Part shown: positions 27,303 through 36,700 of the stretch, in pieces
Numbering within the stretch: the first letter of the stretch is position 1
Layout of the letters: each line of letters begins with the position of its first letter
Assembly (NCBI GenBank): GCA_964604225.1
Contig: CAZRYD010000004.1
Coordinates: 1-56,523 of the forward strand
Length of the DNA stretch: 56,523 nt
Source of the DNA: an uncultured Caldilineaceae bacterium
GTDB taxonomy: Bacteria; Chloroflexota; Anaerolineae; 4572-78; J111
Direction of reading: 5' to 3'
Translations under genes and position numbers: made by a program
The notes under the pieces: model-generated
The model's input: the letters and a program-made list of their open reading frames with translations, nothing else
Told to the model about the DNA's origin: nothing
Database searches by the model: none

Positions 27303-27890
27303 ATGTTTTTGGTTAAGGGCTACAGATTTGTTACAATGTGTATCTTGGCAGGAGTTGTACGATTGAATACACTCGAACCTTACACTATTCCTTCAGGGCA
27401 GCAGGTCAATCTCCGCTTAATCAGACCGGAAGATACCGCGCTGCTAGTTGATCTGTTTCATAACCTCTCGCCGGAAACGCGCCGGTTGCGGTTTCATCTT
27501 TACACCGAGCGAATGCCTGAAGAAGAGGTTTGGCGCAACGCTATTACCTTATCCAATTTAGACCCCCAGCGACATGTCGCCGTAGTGGCCACAGTAATTG
27601 AGGCAGATGGTGAGGAACATGCGATTGGCGTAGCTCGTTTTGCCAGAGCAATGCTTGAGGAGCGAGAGGCTGAGGTGGCTATTGTGGTCAGGGATGATTT
27701 TCAACGCAAGGGCGTGGGCCGGGTGTTGTTGACCAGGCTGGCCGAAAAGGCTCGCGAACTGGGCATTACTCACTTTTCCGGCTGGGTGATGGCCGAAAAT
27801 ATTCACCTGATGAAACTGATTAAAAGGCTAGAAGTGAAACTGGAGACCGAAATACGCCACGGCGAGCGGAAGGTCAGAGTGGCTATTTAA
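27303..27890 (+). CDS. GNAT-family N-acetyltransferase (Pat C-terminal-domain-like)
   Basis: IRPEDTALLVDLFHNLSPETRRLRFH and VVRDDFQRKGVGRVLL (acetyl-CoA Q/RxxGxG/A motif). The start codon is uncertain. Confidence 0.7.
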   Translation: MFLVKGYRFVTMCILAGVVRLNTLEPYTIPSGQQVNLRLIRPEDTALLVDLFHNLSPETRRLRFHLYTERMPEEEVWRNAITLSNLDPQRHVAVVATVIEADGEEHAIGVARFARAMLEEREAEVAIVVRDDFQRKGVGRVLLTRLAEKARELGITHFSGWVMAENIHLMKLIKRLEVKLETEIRHGERKVRVAI

Positions 27891-28782
27891 GGTGGAGGAT
27901 CATCTCAATTCGATCAAATACTTCCAGGTAGCCCAGCGCCTGAAAGGCCGGCCAATGCGGGTCATCTTTGGGTAAATTTTCGGTTTTGGTGTCTTGCGCG
28001 GGGTGAACCCGGTGGAGATGATGCAGCAGCGCCCGACCAACTTTGGGTGGATTCCCCTCATCGGTTTGGATGACCAAACGCCCTAGTTGAAAAACTGTGT
28101 TTTGATAAACCAGCCAGCCTTTACTGCCGTCGGGCAAAATGGCGTAGAAAGCGCCCAAATTGCCGGCATTTATGAGCGACTCCTTTTCGTCAATCCAGGA
28201 GGGGCTGGAATTACGATTTTCTAGCAGGTGAACGGCTTCGGAATAGCCCAGGGTTTTGATTTCCGCTGGCGGCGGTTCAACCAGGGTTGGACCAGGCGGG
28301 CGGCGCAAAACAAAGAGTTCCCTGGTCTCTTGAAAGCCCGCTTTGAGGAAGAGGCTATGGGCAGGAACGTTATTCTTGATAACCTCGATGACGACGTAAT
28401 CGAGATTTTTTTGGCGGGCCTGCTCCAACAGATGGGTCACCAGCCGCCAGCCTGTCCCCTGGCGGCGTTTCCGGCGAATAATCCCCAAGCGGGTAATCCA
28501 GGCGTGCCGCTCTCTGACCCCCAACATAGCCAACCCCAAGATTTCGTTGCCATCCACCGCTACCACCGAACTATCCATATCTACGTCGTAGGTCTCGACA
28601 TATTCACGCAGCCGAGCAGCGTTCATGGGCATAGGCACCATATAATCCACCCGTGTGTCGTTGTAGGCCACAGTCAACTCCTCGTACGAGAAGGCGCTGG
28701 CTGGAATCAGATCAACTGTGGCCTCAGGACTTGACATGGGCGTAATTAATGCGCTTGTGTGAGGGGATAACTCATCCGGCAA
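27883..28782 (-). CDS. Two-lobed GNAT-family N-acetyltransferase
   Basis: GIIRRKRRQGTGWRLVTHLLEQA (acetyl-CoA loop). 299 aa. Its 3' end overlaps the convergent GNAT gene by 8 nt. Confidence 0.7.
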   Translation of the reverse strand: MPDELSPHTSALITPMSSPEATVDLIPASAFSYEELTVAYNDTRVDYMVPMPMNAARLREYVETYDVDMDSSVVAVDGNEILGLAMLGVRERHAWITRLGIIRRKRRQGTGWRLVTHLLEQARQKNLDYVVIEVIKNNVPAHSLFLKAGFQETRELFVLRRPPGPTLVEPPPAEIKTLGYSEAVHLLENRNSSPSWIDEKESLINAGNLGAFYAILPDGSKGWLVYQNTVFQLGRLVIQTDEGNPPKVGRALLHHLHRVHPAQDTKTENLPKDDPHWPAFQALGYLEVFDRIEMILHLK

Positions 28783-28839
28783 AACGCAGTGGACGAGTGC
28801 GGGGAATTTTGAGTTTTAATTTGGGCTGGTCGACCAAAT

Positions 28840-29211
28840 CTAGGCTGATTTGGTAATGAAAGCAGCAACTTGATCCGGAAATACGCGGGTATTGATGGGT
28901 TTGGAAATAAAACCATCACAACCATAAGCCTCCGCCATTTGTCTGGCTGTATCTTCAGGCCAGGCCGTCACCGCTACCAGGGGCACATCTTTTAACTCAG
29001 GTGTACGTTTCATGAAGGCGATCAAGGTTTGACCATCAATATCGGGCAAGCCCAGATCAATCAAAATGATATCGGGCACTTCCTCAATGGCCGTTTTTAG
29101 CCCGGCTTCGCCCTCACTCACATGAATGACCTGATGATGGTGGGCCTCTAAGACACGCCGCATCAGTAGCGCATTTTGTGGATTGTCTTCAATTACAAGT
29201 ATCTTGCTAAT
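28840..29211 (-). CDS. Stand-alone CheY-like response-regulator receiver domain (start codon non-canonical or unresolved)
   Basis: The ORF-track Met (29163) lies inside the domain. In-frame upstream codons read ISKILVIEDNPQNALL, which is receiver strand beta-1 plus the acidic pair. Downstream are the phospho-acceptor ILIDLGLPDIDG, VAVTAW and ISKPI. The only candidate starts upstream are ATT 29211 and ATA 29202. Confidence 0.7.
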   Translation of the reverse strand: MSKILVIEDNPQNALLMRRVLEAHHHQVIHVSEGEAGLKTAIEEVPDIILIDLGLPDIDGQTLIAFMKRTPELKDVPLVAVTAWPEDTARQMAEAYGCDGFISKPINTRVFPDQVAAFITKSA

Positions 29212-29254
29212 GGTTGCACCCGGATTTTGATGATATGATTTTAGGATCGACGAC

Positions 29255-29265
29255 AGTATAGCACA
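29255..29265 (-). promoter_or_regulatory. Extended -10-like element TGTGCTATACT upstream of the receiver gene
   Basis: The minus strand of 29255-29265 reads TGTGCTATACT, 38 nt upstream of the ATT at 29211. Confidence 0.45.
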
Positions 29266-29309
29266 GTCCGGGTGAAGAGAAAAATCTATTTAGGCGTGGC
29301 GCACCTCAT

Positions 29310-30320
29310 TTAAGGTCCGAGTTGAGGGCGGGCGACGTCGGCGTCAAAGAGCCAATATTCAATCTCGATGTCGGACCCGTTCTCTATCGCCAGCAGATAA
29401 GTTTCATCCCGAAGCACTGTGCCGCTCCAGAAGCGTTCACCGGTCTGGTCATTACCATCTCGCGAAACTAACATGCCTGCCCCAAAGTTGACTAATTGCT
29501 TGGTTTCGCCACGCCGCCACAACTCCACCGCACTGACCGGATAAAGTTTGAAGTTAACCTGTTGCTGGCGATTGCCGTCGGCAGGAGTGAAAAAAAGACT
29601 ATAGTTCAGATTCTGATATTGGCTCGCCTTGGCCGGATCATTATGGGTAAAGGTGTACCAGCGGGTAGCGCCGGGTTTGAGAGAGTTGTGGACTACCTGG
29701 GGGGGCAGCGGCAGAGGATTGCCGGGATCAGCCCCAATTTCGGGGGCAGCCGGTACTGCCGCTGGAGCTGCCGCTGGCTCACCCAAAGCATAGCCGGTCA
29801 CATTACCGGCAAAAAGCCAATAGTCAAGAGGTGAGTCGTTGCCATTTGACAAGAGAAGATAATAGTTCTGCTGGCCGGGCAGCCAGCCGGTCCAAAATAA
29901 TTCTCCGGTCACCGGGTTGTTGTCGTGAGAGACAATCTGACCCGCCCCCAGATTGGCCATGTGAGCAGGGTCGCCGGGGTAAAATAGCGCCACCTGGCTC
30001 TCGTCAAAAATCTGCATGTTGACCTGCCTGATGCGCTGACCGTCATCAGGCGTAAAAATCAAGGAAAATGACTGTTCCAGGTTGGCAGTCTGAGCCTGGT
30101 CAGCCAGCGTCAAACGAAACCAGCGCTGTCCGCCCGGTCCAATCACCCCGGTATTGGGACCCTCTACCAGCGTCACAGCCAGAGCCGGCGCGCTGCCGGT
30201 CGTCGTGGCTGCCGAAGTGGCCGAAATAATCAAAATAACTGCGGCTAGAGCAAAAACAATAGCAATGAACCATAAAAAAACCTTGTGTGAGCCGGGTAGG
30301 GTTGTATCTTGGGACTTCAT
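29310..30320 (-). CDS. Signal-anchored/secreted protein made of two tandem homologous ~130-aa beta-rich domains (unknown family)
   Basis: Start taken at ATG 30320, with AGAGGAA 10 nt upstream. TM/signal is FLWFIAIVFALAAVILIISATSA. The two repeats share RW(F/Y), SL(I/F)FTP(D/A)DG.R..QVN, (L/F)GAG..VS.D.N..TGE.FW.G, Y.LL..NG.D....YWLF. An Ala/Pro linker separates them. Confidence 0.6.
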   Translation of the reverse strand: MKSQDTTLPGSHKVFLWFIAIVFALAAVILIISATSAATTTGSAPALAVTLVEGPNTGVIGPGGQRWFRLTLADQAQTANLEQSFSLIFTPDDGQRIRQVNMQIFDESQVALFYPGDPAHMANLGAGQIVSHDNNPVTGELFWTGWLPGQQNYYLLLSNGNDSPLDYWLFAGNVTGYALGEPAAAPAAVPAAPEIGADPGNPLPLPPQVVHNSLKPGATRWYTFTHNDPAKASQYQNLNYSLFFTPADGNRQQQVNFKLYPVSAVELWRRGETKQLVNFGAGMLVSRDGNDQTGERFWSGTVLRDETYLLAIENGSDIEIEYWLFDADVARPQLGP

Positions 30321-30591
30321 CAACAATTTATTCCTCTCAAGCAAGGTTTGCTTACGGACAACTGACCTGGACTTAGGTCAAACTTGTTTTTAAAGAACAC
30401 ATGGTCCGTAAAAGATTATCTGACAATGAAGGACCAACTGTCGCTATCAGTATAAAACGTAATATACCTCAGGTCAATGGGAGGGATGCCCTATTTGGTC
30501 AGCTTACATTACCATACCTTTGCCCTACGCCCAACCGTTGGCTCAGGTGTCAGCCAGGCAAAGCCGGGTCGTTTAGGAAAAATCCCTGGCT

Positions 30592-30602
30592 TGTGCTACC
30601 AT
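30592..30602 (+). promoter_or_regulatory. Extended -10-like element TGTGCTACCAT upstream of the kinase-A2M gene
   Basis: It matches the recurrent TGTGCTATAAT motif at 9 of 11 positions. It lies about 125 nt upstream of ATG 30728. Confidence 0.35.
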
Positions 30603-30727
30603 ATACGGGTAAAATGTTCAGCCAAATTGCCATAGGGTTTCTTCTTTTATCGCTTAATGCGTAAGGATTTGCCGAGGCAAATTCATGACGCATGACGCAT
30701 CACGTATTACGTTTTAAGGATCAACTT

Positions 30728-33700
30728 ATGACGTTATCCGCTAACTCACTTTTGGAGAATCGCTATCGGATTGATGGTTTGCTGGCGCAGGGCGGCATGG
30801 GCGCTATCTATCGCGGCTTTGACCTCACCCTCGATATTCCGGTGGCGATTAAGGAAAATTTCTTCCAAACCCCACAGGGCACGCGACAATTTCAACAAGA
30901 AGCTCGCATTCTGGCCCGGCTGCATCACCCCGGTTTGCCCCGGGTGATCAATCATTTCAGCATTGGCGACCAGCAATACCTGGTGATGGACTTCATCGAG
31001 GGTCAGGATCTGTGGGAGATGGTGACCAAGCGAGGACAACCTTTAGGCGAGCGGCAGGCCCTGGATTACATGATCCAGGTTTGTGAGGCCGTCCAATACT
31101 TGCACCAGCAAAATCCGCCGATCATCCACCGCGATATCAAGCCGCAAAATATCAAAATCACACCCGACAGCCGGGCAGTGCTGGTGGATTTTGGCATCGC
31201 CAAGGTGTCCCGCGATGATAACTTGACCGACACCGGGGCCCGGGGTGTCACCAGTGGTTTCTCACCGCCGGAACAGTACAGTGGCAGCGGCACCACTCCG
31301 GCCTCCGACATCTACGCTTTGGGGGCGACCCTCTACGCCATTTTGACCGGCAAAAAGCCGCCCGACAGCGTCAGCCTGATGGCCGGCGAGGCCAAATTTG
31401 AGCCGCCTGACCAGATCAACCCCAAATTGAGCCGCCAGGTTTCGGCGACCATTGAGCATGCCATGCAAATCCAGCGGGCCGACCGCCCGGCCACGGTGGC
31501 GCTCTGGCAGCAAACCCTCAAAGCCATTCTGGAGACACTACCGGACGACGATACGGCTGTTTTGGTCACAAACTCGCGACCCGCCTGGTTACTTGACTCG
31601 ACCGGGCAGGCGCACCGGCTCAAACCAGGGTTCTTGATTTTTGGCCCGGCTCGTGAAGAAGGTACGCCGGCGAGTGAATTATTAACGACTTCACCTTATG
31701 TCAAGCTGGAATTCAACGGGCAGCATTGTCTGGTTTACAACCCGGCCAATATGGCCGAGGTGACTATCAATGACCAACCTGTCGGTCCGGCGGGGCAGCC
31801 TTTTCATTTTGGCGACTGGCTGCGGATTGGTCGAGCCACCTTTGCCTTGACCGATGTGGAGCCTAAAGAGCGCAACCCGCTGCCCAGCATCCTCCTCAGT
31901 CAGGATGTGGACGAGCCAACCGAAACAGCCTATGTGCCGGTGGCGGTGGTGCTGGCTCCTATGCCTGCGACTCCCACCGGACCGCAATCTGCCGCTGGCG
32001 CTGCCCAAACCATGAAAGACTCCGCCGTACCAGTCCGCTCATCCCCCTGGCTGTGGGTCGCCGCGGGGGTGGTGGCACTGCTGGTGGTGCTTGGGGCCGT
32101 TATCTTCTTGACGCGTGGCAGCGGGGGCAACATGGCCAAGTTTGAGCCGAGTGTTACCTCAGTCCCCACCAGCCCGACCCCGAGTCAGACTCAGGCCGCA
32201 GCCGCCGCATCCACGCCAACCGTCGCAGCCGCCGTGATCATCGAGCCGACCTCGACTCCTACCCCCACCATTCCCCTTGAGCCGATTGCCCCGCTCGTTC
32301 TCCAAACTGTGCCCGAACGCGGAGTTGAACAGCCACTCGACGCGCCCATCGAAATCAGCTTTGACCAGCCTATGGATCGGGCCAGCGTGGAAAAAGCCTT
32401 TGCCATCGAGCCGGGGGCCAGCATCGACGGCGTTTTTGATTGGGTTGACGACCAAACCTTGCATTTCAGCCTCAAAAATGGCTTTCAGCGCGGCCAGCGT
32501 TACCGTGCCCGCCTTGCCGCCACGGCGACTAGTCAAGCCGGTTTGGCCATGTTGCGCCCCTTTGAATTGCGCTTCAATGCCGTCGGTTTCCTGGAGGTCG
32601 TCAACGTTCAACCGGCGGCTGAGACTACCGAAGTTTTGGCCGATACCAAAGTAACGGTCTTTTTCAACCGGCCGGTTGTGCCGCTGGGCGCCATCGAGTC
32701 GGGTGGGGGCAGCCTGCCCAATCCGCTCACTTTTGTGCCGCAGGTTTCAGGCACAGGAGCATGGCTCAACACGTCGATCTATCAATTCACCCCTGATCAA
32801 AACGGTTTTCAGCCGGCCACTGAATACACCGCTCGCGTGGCCAAAGATTTGACCGATGTGTTTGGCCAGGCGGTGCTGGCAGATGATTTTACCTGGAAAT
32901 TTACTACCATCAGCCCGGCGGTTGTCGGCAGTGTTCCGGCAGCGAACGACCTTTATGTCAGTCCCACGCCGGTGATCAGCGTCACCTTTAATCAAAAGAT
33001 GGACCGCCAGAGCGTCGAAGAAAATCTGCTGGTCCTCAACGATCAAACCGGCCAGCCTGTCCCCGGCCAATTTGCCTGGGCTGAAGTGGGGCTGCTACTG
33101 TCCCCGCCGCTGGATGAGTATGGCAATATCATCTACCAATATGATGAACAGGGCCAGCAACTTCCCCTGGATTTGGAACCCATCGGCGTGGAAACTGTCA
33201 CCTTTACTCCGACGGAGCCGCTGGAGTTTGGCGCGGCCTACCAGCTTGTTTTACCCAAGGGAGTCAAAGGCGCGTTGGACTCAACTCAAACCCAGAGCGA
33301 CTACAACGCCAGCTTTACCGTGACTCCTTATCCAGAGCTTGTCAGCACCAACCCCGCTGACGGCGAGCAATTTGCCGATATCTATCAAGGGCTTGATCTT
33401 ACCTTCAACGCGCCGATGAGTCCGACCAGCCTGATCTTTGGCCAAAATCTGGTCGTCGAGCCGGAGATCTCGGCCACCGAAGTTTATAGTTATTGGTCGA
33501 TGAACAACACCCAGGTCAATATCAACTTTCCGCGCCGGGAAAACAGTGAGTATACCGTCACCTTGCGGGCCGACATCGAGGGCCGTTACGGCCAGCCGCT
33601 GAATAAGGACACCACGATTCGCTGGAAAACCTGGCAGCAGACGCCTTATGTGCACCTGGTCAGCCCCAAAATTGCCACCTACAACGGCTACCAGCCGCAA

Positions 33701-36700
33701 ACCTACGTCTACATGACCGTTCGCAATGTCAGCCAGGTCAAATTCAATCTTTACCGTTTGTCCCAAGCCGAGTTTCTCCAGTTAAGCGAGCAAACTTTCT
33801 CCGGCTGGGATGACTCGCAGCAGTGGAACAACTTCCAGCCTGATCCGGCCAAGTTGGTCGGCGCCTGGAATCAGAGCACCGACCCGGCTGTTTACGAAAA
33901 TTATGTCTACAAAGTAGATGTGAGTCAGGCGGTCAGCAGCGGCCAGCCGCTCCCGCCGGGCTTGTACTATCTGGAAGCAGCGGCCCCAGCCGAAAGCATC
34001 TACCCGGAAGCCCAAAAGGCCGATACCAGCCAGGCCATCGACCGCCAACTGCTCATTGTCAGCAAGAGGAATATCACTTTCAAACAAGGGGCGGGTGATG
34101 CGCTGGCCTGGTTAACCGACCTGCAAAGCGGCCAGCCTGTATCAAATGCCCCGATTGCGCTGCTCATTAACCGCCAGCCGGTCAGCCAGACCCAAACCGA
34201 TCAGGATGGTGTGGCCACCTTCACCTATGAGCAGTTTCCCAACGATGTTGTTCCGCCCCCGCTGGTGGTTTTTGCCAGCAATCCTGACCAGCCGGATGAC
34301 AACTTTGCGGTGGGCGTCAACACCTGGAATGCCGGTATCAATTCCTACGATTTTAATCTCTACAGTGCTGGCTTTGCCGGTTTCCGTTATGGCGGTCCCT
34401 ACAATGGTTATATTTATAGCGACCGCCCGCTCTATCGGCCCGGCCAAACGGTCTATTTCAAAGCTATCATCCGGGCCGACGACGACGCCCGTTACAGCCT
34501 GCCCACCGCCACGCCTACCGCTACGGTACAGATTTTCGACGGCCAATACCGCCAGATCTACAGCCAGGATCTGCCGCTGAATGAGCTGGGGACGCTTAAC
34601 GGCGAATTCAAGCTGAGCGAGAATGCCGGCCTGGGCGGTTATTCTTTGCAGGTGGTGTATGAAGGAACTACCTTTTACGGTAATTTTTCCGTCGCGGCTT
34701 ATCGCAAACCTGAGTTTTTGGTGAACGCCACCACCGACAAGAACGAATACCGCCAGGACGAAACCATCAAGGTCAGCGCCCAGGCCGAGTTTTTTGCCGG
34801 CGGCCCGGTTTCCCAGGCCAAAGTGCGCTGGACACTGCTGACCGTGCCTTATGCCTTCCAATATCAGGGCTTCGGCTACTACGATTTTGTGGATGTCGAC
34901 GAGCTGCGCCGCCGCCCCAATGAATACTATGATACCGGTTACAGCGAGCGCATTGCCGACGGTGAAGGGATAACCGACGCCGACGGGCGTTTCACTTTTG
35001 AAGTCCCCGCCGATATTTCGACCCGCCTGGCCAGCCAGCAATTCACCCTGGATGTGGCCGTAACCGACATCAACAATCAAGAGGTGGCCGCCCAGGCCAG
35101 GGCTATCGTCCACAAAGGCGACTTATACGTGGGCCTGCGCCCGGAACGTTACGTGGGCCAGGTCGGCGTGGATAACCCGGTTGAAGTGCTGGTGGTCGAT
35201 TGGCAGAGTCAGCCGGTACCCAACCAGGTAGTCGAAGTGGTGGCGGCTGAGTACAACTCCTACAGCGTCCAGGCGCTCGACCCGGCCTCAAACCCCAACA
35301 ATCCCAACGAGGCCTATTATTGGGAAAATGTAGTCGAAAATGTGGCTGTTTTTACCACCACCATCACCACTGACGAAGAGGGTAAAGCGGTGGCAAACTT
35401 TAGGCCGGACAAGCCCGGCAACTACAAAATCTATGCCCGCGCTATTGATAAAAACGGCCAGGAAGTCCGTACGGCCAGTTTGCTTTGGGTCAGCGGCAGT
35501 GCCTACGTCAACTGGGGCCAGGAAAATAATGACCGGATTGACCTGGTCACGGATCAAAAACAGTACAATGTCGGCGATACGGCTAATATCCTGGTTCCAC
35601 ATCCTTTCAGCGGCACGGTCACCGCCCTGGTCACGTTGGAGCGGGGGCACGTTTATGACCATTTTGTCACCGAGCTAAAAACCAACAGCGACCAACTCCA
35701 GATCCCCATCAGCGCAGATTTGGTTCCCAACATCTATGTGTCTGTGGTCATTATGAAGGGTATGGACGAGACTAACCCGCTGCCCGGCTTCAGGGTGGCC
35801 TATGTGCGGTTGCCGGTCAACCCGGCCGAGAAGGAGCTCAAAATCACCTTGACTCCCGACAAGCTCGCCGCTGAAACCTACCAGCCCGGCGATACCGTCG
35901 CGTATCAGGTGCAGGTGACCGACGTGAAAGGACAGCCGGTCAAGGCCGAGTTGTCATTGGCGCTGATTGATAAGGCTGTCTTGACCCTTATGCCCGACAA
36001 ACCGGGCCAACTGCTGGATACCTTCTGGTACGAGCGGGTGCTCAACGTGCAGACCGCCAGCGGCCTGACCTTGGCTCTCGACCGGATCAACCGCTCCCTC
36101 GATGAAAAGAAAGGCGGCGGCGGCGGCGAAGGCAGCATCGGCCCGGACTCGGTCCGGCAGAATTTTGCCGATACCGCCTTGTGGGTGGCCGATTTTACCA
36201 CCGACGAAAACGGTCAAGGCGTGGTCAAGGCAACCCTGCCCGACAACTTGACTACCTGGGTGCTCATTGCCAAGGGTGTGACCGGAGCGAATACGCGGGT
36301 GGGTGAGAGCCGGGTGGAGGTTGTCAGCAGCAAGCCGCTGCTAGTGCGCCCGGTTGCGCCGCGCTTCTTTGTCGTCGGTGATGAGGTGCAACTGGGCATG
36401 GTCATCCAGAACAATTCCGACCAGCCGCTAACCGTCGAACCGAGCTTTACGGCTGAGGGCCTGACCATTGCTGCCACGGAAGCCAAACCTCTCGAACTCA
36501 AAGTCGGGGAGCGCCTTCGGGTTGACTACAACATCAGCGTGAACGAGGCTCAAACGGCCTGGCTGACGATGGGCGCGAAATCCAATTTATACAGCGATGC
36601 TGTGGCCTTTGAACTGCCCATCTATCATTTGAGCACGCCCGAAACTGTGGCTACGGTGGGCGCACTTGATGAGACTGGCACGCGCATCGAGGGTATTGCC

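Noticed and set aside
30401-30664. 87-aa plus-strand ORF in the divergent intergenic region
   Set aside because: It has no SD, and its Arg/Pro/Leu-rich sequence has no motif. It overlaps the putative promoter at 30592-30602. The region is more likely regulatory DNA.
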